Assembly (NCBI GenBank): GCA_963514005.1
Contig: OY740796.1
Coordinates: forward strand, 50,096,001 to 50,160,000
DNA: 64,000 bases
Reading direction: 5' to 3'
Source: Raja brachyura
Taxonomy: Eukaryota
In this document: in pieces, positions 49,506-62,647 of the stretch
Layout: each line of letters begins with the position of its first letter
How positions within the stretch are numbered: the first letter of the stretch is position 1
Notes under the pieces: model-generated
Told to the model about the DNA's origin: nothing
Seen by the model: the letters and a program-made list of their open reading frames with translations, nothing else
Database searches by the model: none
Translations under genes and position numbers: made by a program

Positions 49506-49987
49506 CCCACCCCCCCTTATTCAGTTTAAAACCATCCGTGTAGCAGTGGCAAACCTGCCGGCCAGAATGCTGGTCCCCCACCTGTTAAGATGCAATCCGT
49601 CCCTTTTGTACAGTTCCCCCTTACTCCAAAACAGATCCCAGTGATCTAAGAATCTAAATCCCTGCCCCCTGCACCAGTTCCTCAGCCACACATTCAGGTC
49701 CCGTATCTCCCTGTTGCTGCTCTCGCCAGCACGAGGAACTGGAAGCAAACCGGAGATAACAACCCTGGAAGTCCTGCTTTTCAGCATTTTTCCAAGCTCT
49801 CTGAAGTCCCACTGCAAAATATTCATCCCCTTCTTTCCAACATCATTTGTGCCAACATGCACGACCACTTCCGGCTGTTCACCTTCGCCCTTGAGGATTG
49901 TCTGCACTCTGTCCGTAACATCCTGGATCCTGGCACCAGGAAGGCAGCACACCATCCTGGAATCCCGTCTGTTGCCGCAAACACCCC
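46593..49987 (-). mobile_element. Young CR1 LINE (partial ORF1 plus uninterrupted ORF2), lacking the 3' tail
   Basis: See the two CDS entries below. Homology to the copy at 24231 stops abruptly at 46593. Confidence 0.95.
49521..49987 (-). CDS. CR1 ORF1 C-terminal part, SGNH/GDSL esterase-like domain
   Basis: Motifs CLPGA, VVVHVGTND and DGLHLN; 5'-truncated. Confidence 0.88.
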
Positions 49988-50452
49988 TGTTCATGTTGTT
50001 TTATTAGCAAGCCTCTGCTTCCAATCTACTTTTGCCTGCGATATCAAAAACAATGTTCCCCCCAGTTTTCAATCTAAATTTGAAGACCAATCTTATCCCT
50101 TTCCCTAATTACCTTTGAAATATGGTCAATATTTCCAAAATGGTTCTCAAATGACACGTCTACCAATTGATGCAAGAGGAAGTGTCATACTGCAATTATG
50201 ACAAATTAAGGAGTGGCAGAAACACTATATCTGCTTGCTCATTGCGTTGCCAAATTCAAATCACCATTTGAGTTGAGGCTTTAATAATGTTTTTAATAAT
50301 AGATGTTGTTATGCAGTCTAGGATGATACAGCTGCCGCGAAAATTAGCAGCATTCCCTTGTCTCATGATATCGCATCTCATAGTTACTGAAATTGTAGAA
50401 GGTACTCAATTGACTGAGAGAGTGACAATGTTAGGCTAGTTTGATGATATTA

Positions 50453-52416
50453 CAGTGCCCTCCATAATGTTTTGGACAAAGACCCATCATTTATTTATTT
50501 GTCTCTGTACTCCACAATTTGATATTTGTAATAGAAAAAAATCACATGTGGTTAAAGTGCACATTGTCAGATTTTTTAAAGGCCATTTTTATACATTTCA
50601 GTTTCACCATATAGAATTACAGCAGTGTTTATACATAGTTCACCACATTTCAGGGCACCATAATGTTTGGAACACAGCAAAGTCGTAAATGAAAGTAGTC
50701 ATGTTTAGTATTTTGTTGCATATGCTTTGCCTGCAATGCCTGCTTGAAGTTTGCGATTCATGGACATCACCAGTTGCTGGGTGTCTTCTCTGGTGATGCT
50801 CTGCCAGCCCTGTATTACAGCCAATTCAAGAGAGTTTATTGTCATGTGTCCCTGATTGGACAATGAAATTCTTGCTTTGCTTCAGCACAACAGAACATAG
50901 TAGGTATGACTACAGAAGAGATCAGTGTGCCCATGTACCATTATATAAATATATACACACATAAATAAATAAACTGATAAAGTGAAAATAACAGATAATG
51001 GGCTATTAATGTTCAAAGTTTTGTCCGATCCAAGTTTAATAGCCTGATGGCTGTGGGGAAGTAGCTATTCCTGAGCCTGGTCGTTGCAGTCTTCAGGCTC
51101 CTGTACCTTCTACCTGAAGGTCGCGGGGAGATGAGTGTGTGGCCAGGATAATGTGGGTCCTTGATGATACTGCCAGCCTTTTTGAGGCAGCGACTGCGAT
51201 AGATCCCCTTGATGGAAGGGAGGTCAGAGCCGATGATGGACTGGGCAGTGTTTACTGCTTTTTGTAGTCTTTTCCTCTCCAGGGCGCTCAAGTTGCCAAA
51301 CCAAGCCACGATGCAACCGGTCAGCATGCTCTCTACTGTGCACCTGTAGAAGTTAGAGAGAATACTCCTTGACAAACTGACTCTCCGTAATCTTCTCAGG
51401 AAGTAGAGGCGCTGATGTGCTTTCTTAATAATTGCATCATGGACCATGAAAGATCTTCAGAGATGTGCATGCCCAGGAATTTGAAGCTCTTGACCCTTTC
51501 AACCATTGACCTATTGATATAAACGGGTCGATCCCCATCCTACTCCTTCCAAAGGCCACAATCAGTTCCTTGGTTTTGCTGGTATTGAGGGCCAGATTAT
51601 TGTGCTGGCACCATATGGACAGTCACTCGATCTCTCTTCTATACTCTGACTTATCCCCACCAGTGATGCGTCCCACAACAGTGGTGTCTTCAGCGAACTT
51701 GATGATGGAGTTCACACTATGACCGGCTATGCAATCATGAGTATAGAGTGAGTACAGCAGGGGGCTGAGCACGCAGCCTTGAGGTGCTCCCATGCTGATT
51801 GTTATCGAGGCTGACACATTTCCACCAATAGGAACAGACTGTGGTCTGAGAATGAGGAAGTCGAGGATCCAATTCCAGAGGGTAGTGGAGGGCCAGCGAG
51901 ATCACATCCACCGTTGATCTGTTGTGGCGGTAAGCGAACTGCAGTGGGTCCATGTTTTTGTCGAGTTAGGAGTTTATTTGCGCCATGATCAACCTCTCAA
52001 AGCACTTCATCACCATAGGCGTTAGTGCCACTGGTCGATAGTAATTGAGGCACGTCACCTAACTCTTCTTGGGCACTGGTATAATTGATGCCTTTTAAAG
52101 CAGGTGGGAACCTCAGACCTCAGAAGTGAGAGGCTGAAAATGTCCGTAAAAACTCCAACCAGTTGGTCCGCACAGGTTTTCAGAACACGACCGGGTATAC
52201 CATCAGGTCCAGGTGCTGAAATGTATAGACACAGCTGTAATTTCTACATGGTGAAACCAAAATGTATAGGAATAGCCTTTTTTTTCTACTACAATTAGAA
52301 TTTTTTTCTATTACAAATGAGTGATTTTTTTTTTCTGTTACAAATTTCAAATTGTGGAGTACAGAGGCAAATAAATAAGTGATGTGTCTTTCTCCCGAAC
52401 ATTATGGAGGGCACTG
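50453..52416 (-). mobile_element. Second copy of the same Tc1 family, internally deleted and in opposite orientation, carrying a Rex1
   Basis: TA|CAGTGCCCTCCATAATG ... CATTATGGAGGGCACTG|TA. The stretch 50690-50822 is the reverse complement of the transposase 3' end. Confidence 0.92.
50823..52218 (-). mobile_element. Rex1/Babar LINE fragment
   Basis: [18 protein letters not shown] and KKAHQRLYFLRRL motifs, with an AATAAA tail. Confidence 0.92.
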
Positions 52417-53859
52417 TATAATGCTGTGGTTCTTGATGTGTTCACAATATATATGAAGTTTTTTTCCATGATGATTTACTTGGCTATAAAGGTCTATCTC
52501 AAAATAGAACTGGTGATTAATTATATGGAGATATGCACATGTAAGAGGTAGGTGTGGACTTATTTGAGACCATCGCATTGGAAATGCACTAAAGGACTGG
52601 CCACAACGATAAATATACTTTCAATTGTACAAGCCTGAGTACTGGAATTTGCACTGGAAACTGAAGCAGTACTTTTTTTTAAATGGAGAGGTATTGTCTC
52701 CAGATCTTAACAAAATAATTGTAAATTTTGTGAAAGCAACTACTTTTAATTTTCACATCTTTGCTGCTATGTCTGAGCAAAAGGGTGCTGATACCATCAC
52801 TCACATTCATATTCTGAAGTATGGAAGCTGTCCCATGGTAAAGTAATAAACAGAGTGTATGAACTTATCTGAGCTTGAAGCCTTTCCATCTCTAAATAAT
52901 TTTCTTTTGGTAGTTTAGTTACAGTGTTTACACCAGCTTGCCAAGTCTGCATATTTGGCATATATTTTTATTCAGTTCTATTGCAGGGAAATGCATTCAA
53001 GGCATTTCAAGTAGCATTCTTTTGTTTTTAAAAAAGCTTGAATTTCCAGAAAATAACAGTACAAATGTTAAATCAAAATCCAATTGTTGGCATCAATGTC
53101 TATTAATGGTAGCAAAGTTGTTAATCTCAATCTCAAATCAAAATAACATTATCTCAAATGAAACTTAACTCTCCAAAATCTGAAAACTATTTCCCGTCAT
53201 GTGGCTCTATTCCACAGAAAGGAAAGCAATGATTAGTGAGCTGTTCTTATCTGAGATACCAAAGCCCCACTATTGCCAATGTTACAGGAAACATTGCTAG
53301 GGTGGTCAGATGATAACGATGCAAAGTTACAATCTTTAAGTTGTTCTTTCTAACTTTCTGGTCCTACAACAGCATTTCCAGAACTCTGTGAACTTGCATT
53401 TAAAACCCTATTATCATTCCATTCTGCTTACCTTTTAAATGGTAGATTTTCAGCAATGTCTTTAACTGAAGTCAAGTATCAAAACAGGCTGTGCATTAGA
53501 AGACTCATCAAACATTCTTGTCTATTATTCATCTTTGACTTGAAAGTTTTGTGCAGAGATATCATGAGAGTATGACCACTGCACCTTTTAAAATCAAATT
53601 ATCTGTAATGTACAAACTTAGAATAATTGTGAGAAAGACTGATTCCTACATTTTTGTTAGAGCGAGTGCCAAGATGTAGACAAAATGGTGATGATGGATT
53701 GGCAATATATTCCTTCAGCACGATAGTGGAATTTGAAGGGCAAATCGCAAGTAATGGTGCTCCCATGCATTGCTGATCTTCCTTGGAAGTTGAGTGGAAC
53801 AGTGATTTCCTGATCTCTTCCTGCTCCCCCACCCCAAACTCCAGGATATTTATGGCATT

Positions 53860-54035
53860 GGACTCAACAATGGACATAACATTGAATATCAAGGACCCGT
53901 GGTTAAGTTCATTCTTGTCAGAAATGAGTTCATCCATGGAGGCAATATGGGTAGAGCTCAAAAACAAGAAAAGTGCAAACACTCTTATAAACACTATAGG
54001 ATTCCCAGTAGCAGGAGATAGAGGAACAGATACGA
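53860..54035 (+). mobile_element. Old CR1 endonuclease fragment
   Basis: SSMEAIWVELKNKK resembles VESIWVELRNSK of the intact ORF2. Confidence 0.55.
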
Positions 54036-55338
54036 TCTGTTGACTGGAAAGAGAACCACAAAATCAAGTTGATTTTGTGGAATGGGTTTCCAGTAAAACG
54101 CTGATAAGCTGTTGTCCAGTTTGTTTGAAAACACAGCTGGTTTGACATCAGATCCACCTGGTTCAGTTTCCTGCGCCCCATGTAATCTCACCAGTGTGCT
54201 CTTTTTGAGCTGAATGGAACCCTGTTTCCTTTCCTCATTTTAAACTCACCAGAGCCATGTTTCACCCACCTGTTTAAGCACAGTTGCTGAAAATGTTATT
54301 ATACTACAGGGTAGCATATTTAAAAGTTAAAAAAAAAGTTTTTCTAAATTTTTTGTGATCCCACTGAATTTGGCAGTCATCTGCACTTTCAATTCACAAA
54401 CTATAGGATTCACAAAGCAACAATGTAGTTATAAATGTATGACATCTGAATTGGTTATCCAATCACTGCATATCACTGTACTTTTTTGTACCTAACTTGC
54501 TTAGTTGCAAGGAAAATATTGGACATGTTTCACTGTATGAAGATTAATCGTGGACTTTTTACTTTTCTAATGTTTCATTGATAACTCGCTGATTGCATAA
54601 TTGAAATACCATCTTGGAAATTGTTGTCATCAGATTTCTGGTGCTGCCATTTGTGTGAAATTTTGTTTGTGCTTCAATCTTGATGATATACTGAGCCTGC
54701 CACTACTTGCGACATTGAATTCTGTGGTTCTGAGTATGTCCTTTGCACATTCTGCAAATATACAATAATCTCACATTTCTTGTGCAATGCTGATGGCAAA
54801 CTGATCCTCTCAGAATCTGCTTTAGTGCACCTAATCCAAAAGGTGATTCCTGCAAAACAATAAACAATAAGAAGCGACCCACTACCTGAGCTATTTCTGG
54901 GGAGTATTATTCATTTTGTGTTTTGAACACTGACAAATACCCTGCAAGGCTATCACATTTTTAAATTGCAGATACCTATGAGTGTTTTGACTGGGAGAGC
55001 AAGAGTATTCCAATAAATCAGTATGCTGTCGGGGTCACAGTGTATTTGATGATTTTGTTATGTGTGGCAATTCATCAGAATTGGTTTTAAGTGAATGCTG
55101 AAGATGTGGTGCGTATGAGTGCAATGTTGCTGTTAGTAGATGGAATTTAATATCATCATTGATATTGTCCACGCTTGAAGTAATTATGTTTTTTCTGGTT
55201 ATTCCACATGAGGTCATGCTTCATTTTACTTTCAGAAGTTATGCTGGGCTCCCAAATTAATTGAGCCTTTCTCCTTGTGCCTCTTTATTCCATTGTCTCC
55301 AGTACAGCATTGGAAGATTAATGGTGTCAGGTTCCTGA

Positions 55339-58300
55339 TTTACTTTGGAGTCACGTGAGTGACTTCGTGAAGACCCCGCCAGCACGCATGCACGACATAT
55401 CGTCGCTCGCATTTGCAGTCGACAGCTGGGGGTGGAGTGCGTCTCTCTGCCGGCAGCTTCAAAAGGCCCTCGGGTAAGTTTTCACTAACCTTGAGCTGGT
55501 TAGTTTTTCTGTATTTGTTTCCATTACAGAGAAACTATGTCAAGGAGGACAAAAAATAAGGCTGCGCACTACGGACTGCGGGACTTCAGAGCGAAGTCGG
55601 TGGCCAACATCCCCGGAGCTGATCGCAGAACCGGCAGCACCCGTAACGTGGGCCGGGAAAAAAACGCGGAAGTCGGGGAGCCCCGCTCAGTCGGCAGGAC
55701 CCGACTCTCCACCACAGCAGTCCAGGGAGCTGCATACTGGTTTGAGGACTGCGCGGGAGCAGGGTAGGCAAGACCCCAACTCCCTACCGCTTCAGCCCGA
55801 ACAGAACCGGGCCGGCGGTAAAAAGGTGCGTAAAACAGGGCCTGTCTCAACGGCACACCCCAACACTCCACTGTTACAGTTCGCTAGAGGGCGGACCGGT
55901 TGAAAAACTGCACCAAAGTCGCGTAGCCCCGCAGGAGCGGTTGGCACCAACTCACCACCGCTTCAGTCTGTGAACCAATTCTGTGAACCGCTTGCGAACC
56001 AATTCTTCGACCGGTGGTAGAAAACACAAGTCGAGTAGCCCCGCAGGAGCGGCTGGCACCGACTTTGCGTCACATCAGTCCCGATGTCGTGTGGACGTCG
56101 CAAGCCCGTGCGGATGTCTTGTAGCCCTGCTGGAGCGGCTGGCACCGACATCTCACCGTCGCAGTCACACCAGACAGGCGGAAAAACCAACAGGAGGTTG
56201 TGTAGCCCTGCAGGCGCGGCTGGCACCAGCTCTCCACCGCTTCAGTCCAGAAGACCGCGGACAAGTGGCAAATCCGCGCGGGAGTCGTGTAGCCCCGTAG
56301 GAGCGGCTGGCACTGACTACCTACCTCAGCCCCATAGACATCACCTCGACGAGGTGCCCCTTTTGTTCATCAGAACTTGGGGAAGACGACTTGCCGTTCG
56401 CAGATAGCGGCGGCGGTCGCATAGCTCGATTGGAGCGCATGGTCGAGCAGCTGCTCGAGAGGGACCTTCTCCATCAGGAGCGTGCGTCCCTAGGATCCCG
56501 AAGATCCACGGCAGGGCCCATGACAGGGCTGTCCAACATCTCTCCCTCCTCAGTAGGGAGCGCCAGAAGTCAGGCACTAGCTGACTTCGAAGAGGGGTTG
56601 GTGTAAGATCCATTGTTGCAAGAGATGCCAGAAGAGGAACCTCTGGGAGTAGTATCGAAGTTCGCCGAACCATCCCAGAAAGGGCAGCCTCTTCAGCCGA
56701 GGCTAGCGGCAAGCATTAATTACCTGATGACCCACCAGCTACGAGAACAGGTAATTTCTGAGGCAACCAGCAAATACAGGGCTCCGGAGAATTGCGTGTC
56801 ACTGAATGTCCCTACTGTTAATACACCCATATGGGGTAACATCAGCCCTGGGATCAGGACTCCGGAGTTAAAAATCCAGAAGATCCTGAAATTATTGACG
56901 TCAGGCATCACTGCATTTGCCAGGTCAATAGACGGTACGGACATGACGGAAGAGCAGCAAGATGCATTAGCTCTGCTATGCAACACACAGTACGAAATAA
57001 ACTGCTTTCGGAAGAGCTCTATCCGTCCCACATTAAACCCCAAGTTTGCGGGTTTGTGTAAGGCCAATGTTACGCCGCCACCAAGACAATTGTTTGGTGA
57101 TGACCTGCCTAAACAGGTTAAAGACCTGGACGAGGAAGCCAAAGCGGTCGGGTTGATTAAACCGCCTTCCTCGAGCAGACCACCGGCGTACCATAGGCAG
57201 CATCCATATGCAACAGCAAACAGGCCTCGGGTTCCACCCAACAGAGCAACGGGAACTTTCCCTAAGGTCGCGCTCTATCAACAGAGGCCTTTTTTAGACC
57301 AGGGCCCACAGCGACCAGCCTGGAAGATGCGCCAACCCCACATCCCAGCAACACAGCAACCCAAGAAAGACCAGATGATCAGGCCCCACCGGTAACCGTG
57401 GAGGTAAGGGGATCTGGTTCTCTTGGGAGTGCTGCATGCGGAACCTCACTAGTAGGAGGGAGAATGCATCTGTTCTGGGATGCATGGAGTTCTTTAACTT
57501 CTGACACTTTTATATTACAAAGTATTCATGGTTACGAAATCTAATTCATAAACGGACAACTTCCCCCAGCTCAGCATGTACCTAGCCAGAAATTTGTACT
57601 CTCTCACAAAGAGAAAGTGGAAGGACATGCAGAAGTATTAAGGTTATACACCAAGGGGGTTATACAGAAAACGATACATGAACCTCTTGAGTTTGTATCT
57701 AACATCTTTACTAAAACCAAAAATGGTGGATGACGTATCATAATTGATTTAACCCACTTGAATACTTTTGTTCAATATACCCATTTCAAGATGGAAACAT
57801 TTGAAACGGCTAAACAATTGATTTCCAGAGGGTGCTTCATGGCCTGCATCGATCTAAAAGATGCATACTATTCAGTGCCTAAACGGAAACATCACCGTAA
57901 ATACTTAAAATTTGTCTGGATGGGGCAGCTATGGCAGTACAAAGCCTTACCTAATGGACTCACAACAGCCCCCAGGTTGTTTATCAAAATACTAAAACCA
58001 GTATTGGTGTCGTCTCTAAGAAGACAAAACCACATAGTCATGGCGTATCTTGATGACATTTTCATTGTGGGAAAAACTTTGGAATTAGCTAAATCAGCTG
58101 TGACAGCTACCAAGTCACTGTTCGAAAAACTGGGGTTCGTCATCCATCCACACAATTCTAAGTTCAACCCCTCTGTGATTATGGACTACCTGGGATTCAC
58201 GGTTAACACCAATCATATGATTGTCATCTCCCAGAGAACAAAGTAACAGACATAATAGAGACATGTAATAGCCTTGCTTGTGCCAGGAAACCGACTATTA

Positions 58301-60965
58301 GACATGCTGCCAAGGTGATTGGAAAACTTGTAGCTACATTTCCAGCTGCACAATTTGGGCCGTTACATTATCAAAATTTGCAAAGAGCAAAGATCTCAGC
58401 GTTAAAAACAAATGCTGGACATTTTGACAGACCTATGCAGCTGCCAAACAAGGTAAAAATTGAGCTACGATGGTGGATTAGCAACATTCGTAATTGTTTC
58501 AATCCCATCATAATTTCAAACCCGTCAGTCGTGTTACAAAACCGACGCAAGCGCCCAGGGCTGGGGAGCTACCGACACCACTTCCAGTGGTGGCGGCAGA
58601 TGGGATTTGCACGAATCTACTTTACTCCAATCACAAGGTATAAACTATTTGGAAATGCTGGGAGCATTTTACGGACTGCGGGCTTACATGCACAACTATG
58701 CATCATAAGCATGTCCGTCTTCAGATAGATAATACCACAGTGGTGGCATATTTGAACCATATGGGTGGTATCAAGTCGTTATCTTGTGATGAATTGGCAA
58801 ACATCATTTGGCTCTGGTGTATTGAAATAAATATTTGGATTTCAGCTACATACCTTCCGGGTAAGCTCAATACAGTGGCAGACACCAGGTCATGAGTATT
58901 TAATGACAACACCGAGTGGATGTTGAACCCCCAAATATTTGCTAATATTATAGCCAAGTATGGAACACCAGATATCGACCTATTTGCGTCCAGGTTGAAC
59001 CATCAGATACCAACATATGTCTCTTGGGAACCAGATTCTGGGGCAGTGGCGATGGACGCGTTCTCATAGAAACATAGAAACATAGAAATTAGGTGCAGGA
59101 GTAGGCCATTCGGCCCTTCGAGCCTGCACCGCCATTCAATATGATTATGGCTGATCATCCAACTCAGTATCCCGTACCTGCCTTCTCTCCATACCCTCTG
59201 ATCCCCTTAGGGCCACAAGGGCCACATCTAACTCCCTCTTAAATATAGCCAATTCTCGCTACATTGGGGGAAATTGTTCTTCTATTCATTTCCCCCTTTC
59301 TGCCTCATCAGTCGGGTATTGCAGAAGATCCAGCTAGACTCTGCACCTGGGATTCTGATAATACCCGACTGGCCCACACAACCATGGTACCCGGTGGTCC
59401 TCGGCATGGTGAAAGAACCATGGGTGCAAGTCCCTAAATGCCCGAATCTAGTGACCTATCCTATAACAGGAGAAAGTCATCCATGCCATGGTCATCTGAA
59501 CCTGTTGGCTTGCAGGTTCTGAAGAGGCCAATACTGGGATTCGGGGTGTCAACGAGGGCCATGGATATCATCACAGCATCGTGCAGAGAATCCACGAGGA
59601 AGCAGTACCTCACCCACATAAGAAAATGGGAATACATTCGGACCAAGACCACCTTTGACTCTGCAATGATCACTGATGTGCTGGAATTGCTCGGAGACCT
59701 TCACTATGATGAGGGCCTTAGCTACAGTGCCATCACCAGTGTCAGAAGTGCATTGTCATCCTATCTCAATATCGGAGTAGGATCCCACCAGCTGGTATCG
59801 AAACTTATGAGGGGTATATTCATTTCGAACCCCCCACGACTACGCTATAATATAACCTGGGACATTGGGGTTGTGTTGTCCCTACTCAGGAGCTGGTCAC
59901 CAGTTTCAGATCTACCACTGGTTAAACTCACCTTCAAAGTGGTGATGTTAATGGCACTGATCACAGCACAACGGATCCAGACCCTCGACAAACTAAAACT
60001 GGACAGGATGATCTCGACCCCCACCAAAGTAACCTTCTTTATAGACGAGTTACTCAAGCATCACAGGCCTGGGACAACAGGTCTGAAATTGGAATCCGAG
60101 CATATCCCGTTGATGTACGACTCTGCATAACCATCTATCTCCGACATTATATCAATGTCACCCAAAACATCAGGAGAATGGAGACAGGTCTGTTCATCAG
60201 CTTCAAAAACCCACATCACAGGGTGACGGTGCAGACTGTCTCCAGGTGGCTCAGGGTGGTATTGGGTGCAGCAGGTGTAGACACTGACATTTTTAAATCT
60301 CATTCTACTAGGGCTGCATCCACATCAACGGCGAGGACCATGGAGGTACCCATGGATCATGTCCTCGCTACAGCGGGCTGGGCCAATGAAGGAACATTCC
60401 AACGTTTCTATAATAAACCTGTGGCCGCTCCCGCAATGTTTGCGGATTCAGTTTCCAGTGCTGTTTCCGAAATGTTTTTCCCCGAATTCAGGGGTTTTTG
60501 TTTGTATTAATAAATACGTTATTATTTTTCAGCCTTGTTCAAGTCTGAAATACGTTAACATACTTCCTCCATCAGTAATTACGGCAGTGTGTGAGCATGG
60601 ACATGGTCCAGGGCATGGAATCACAGAGCTTTGAAATCTTCACGAAGTCACTCCCGTGACTCCGAAGTAAAATAGTAAGATTAAATGAGAACTTACCAGT
60701 TTGAAGTTTGATCCTTAATTTATGAGGAGTTACAATGAGGGATTTCGTGCCCTCCGCTCCCAACCCGCTATCATAGGGTCAACTGGTATATTAGTGTCTC
60801 TTAATCTTACTATCTCCAGTCAGTTCTGTTATCTGTGATTCCACACCGCTGCTTTGATGAATGTTGCACATGCGTGCTGGCGGGGTCTTCACGAAATCCC
60901 TCATCGTAACTCCTCATAAAATAAGGATCAAACTTCAAACTGGTAAGTTCGCGTTTAATCTTACT
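55339..60965 (+). mobile_element. Full-length decayed DIRS1-type tyrosine-recombinase retrotransposon
   Basis: Left ITR about 55339-55398, right ITR plus extension about 60861-60965, and an internal complementary region at about 60637-60750 matching both termini. Coding remnants: gag-like ORF (56391-57395), RT (IDLKDAYYSV, LPNGL, YLDD), RNase H (IDNTTVVAY, NTVADTRS), methyltransferase-like (IDLFAS, YSFPPF) and YR (HSTRAAS, AGW). Confidence 0.96.
59066..59252 (-). mobile_element. CR1 3' tail inserted in the DIRS methyltransferase-like domain
   Basis: (TTTCTATG)n tail; TTCTC duplicated at 59061-59065 and 59253-59257. Confidence 0.9.
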
Positions 60966-62532
60966 CTTCTGGTTGGACATTTCATAACTGCACAATTGCT
61001 TCATAGTGGTTGGAGATCTTTTCTTCTGGAAGAGAGACTTTAATCAGTGCCACACCAGATGTGTATTCCTCCTGAAATTACTGTTTAGGAAGATGACGTC
61101 TGTGTAAACACTAGTCATTGAATTTGGTGTGTCCTTGAATTTCAGGTTGGAGCAGCGTTAGCTCAAATGGGAATGTTTTCCAAGCCAATGGAATTTCTGG
61201 CAAAGCTAGCATCGAAAACAAGCTTCAAATTTTGCATTTCTACTGTGCAAAAGCTTTAAAATATGCAGGTATAGGAAATGAACAATATCTTTTATACCTC
61301 TAATTACAAAACTTTTTAAAGATTATTCAACATTTATTGAAAATGTCATCGCAAAATTCCCATTGCTCCTGGCCATATTTGTATGATTCTGAATTATATT
61401 AACTTTATGGAGAATTTTAGAGCATCTCACCTAATTAGCAGCACAATATTAATGAATATTAATAGTTGAGATCAAAAGTGGGATGCAGATATCAAAGCAG
61501 AATAATTATTTTAAAATGACAACATATGCTTAGTGCATAGAAACTGGGTAGATTCACTCTGGGCACACTGACGCCTCCATATAATCTGCATTTTTTTGCA
61601 GGTTCGTTTGTTTCCTTCAGATAAATTATGTACTAGATATTTTATGTACAAAATATGAAATCATAATTTGAATAAGCGAGTTCGGTATTCTGAAAAATGC
61701 AAGAAATCATGGGGTTTGTCAAAGGTCATTAACCATAAAGAAAAAGCGAACAAAGCGCTGGCTGAAGAAACTGTGTATAAATTCTATCTTTATTCGAATG
61801 AGCAATGAAATTCTCAATTCCAGAGAGACTCTCATGAATGGTTAACTCCTCATCCCACCCCCCCAAAGGAACAGGTAGCGGGAGAGCAGGGTCGAACAGC
61901 GAGATAGAGGGGGTAGATGCGAGTGGGAGACGGTAGCGTGCGCACAAACCCGCTCCCCATCCGCAACCAGGATCGAACCCAGGTCCCCGGTGCCACAAGC
62001 GCTGCCGAACCACCACTGGACCGCCACCCCCGTCCTCCCCCCACCCCAAGTGTCCCCTCGGAGACATCCGGGGCGACGACACCAGCAGCCCCAGGCCCAC
62101 AGCCAGCACAGAGAAGAAGCGCCAATCCCAGCTCAACACCGCCTGCCCCGCCGGGCAAACTGACAGTCCCGGACCGGCAACACCAGCGGCCCCAGGCCCA
62201 CAGTCCGCGGGAGCACCAGCAGCCACCGGCCAACCCCCCCTGGTGCCGAGTACTAGCCTTCAACTGGGATACACACAAAGCGCTGCAGCAACTCAGCTGC
62301 CACCACCCCGCACCGGCTTCAAGCCCGGCCCGACGCCTCCGGCCGCTCCCGGATAAGGATGGGACACCCGAGAGGTGACGGGAGATGGCCCAACAGCAAC
62401 TCAACAGCGCCCGCAGTGCCGGAGACCCGGGTCCGACACCGACCACGGACGAGCACGATCTCGCTCACTCACCAAAGCATAAAAAATTAAAACAACAAAA
62501 TAATCTTAGCTTTTAACAAAGGAACAATAAAT

Positions 62533-62630
62533 ACAGTCTGAAGAAGGGTCTCGACCCGAAACGTCGCCTATCTCCTTCGCTCCTTAGATGCTGCTGCACC
62601 CGCTGAGTTTCTACAGCCTTTTGTGTACCA
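62533..62630 (+). mobile_element. Single-arm hairpin-family element with intact hammerhead-like core
   Basis: CAGTCTGAAGAAGGGTCTCGACCCGAAACGTCGCC. Confidence 0.8.
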
Positions 62631-62647
62631 ATAATTACAACTAATTC

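Noticed and set aside
55915-56320. CRISPR-like repeat-spacer pattern
   Set aside because: It lies in a vertebrate retrotransposon, the spacers are related to each other and there are no cas genes.
61146-61268. Possible plus-strand internal exon (TTTCAG|...CAG|GTATAG)
   Set aside because: The splice signals are weak and there is no FHIT coding similarity, so it cannot be supported without RNA data.
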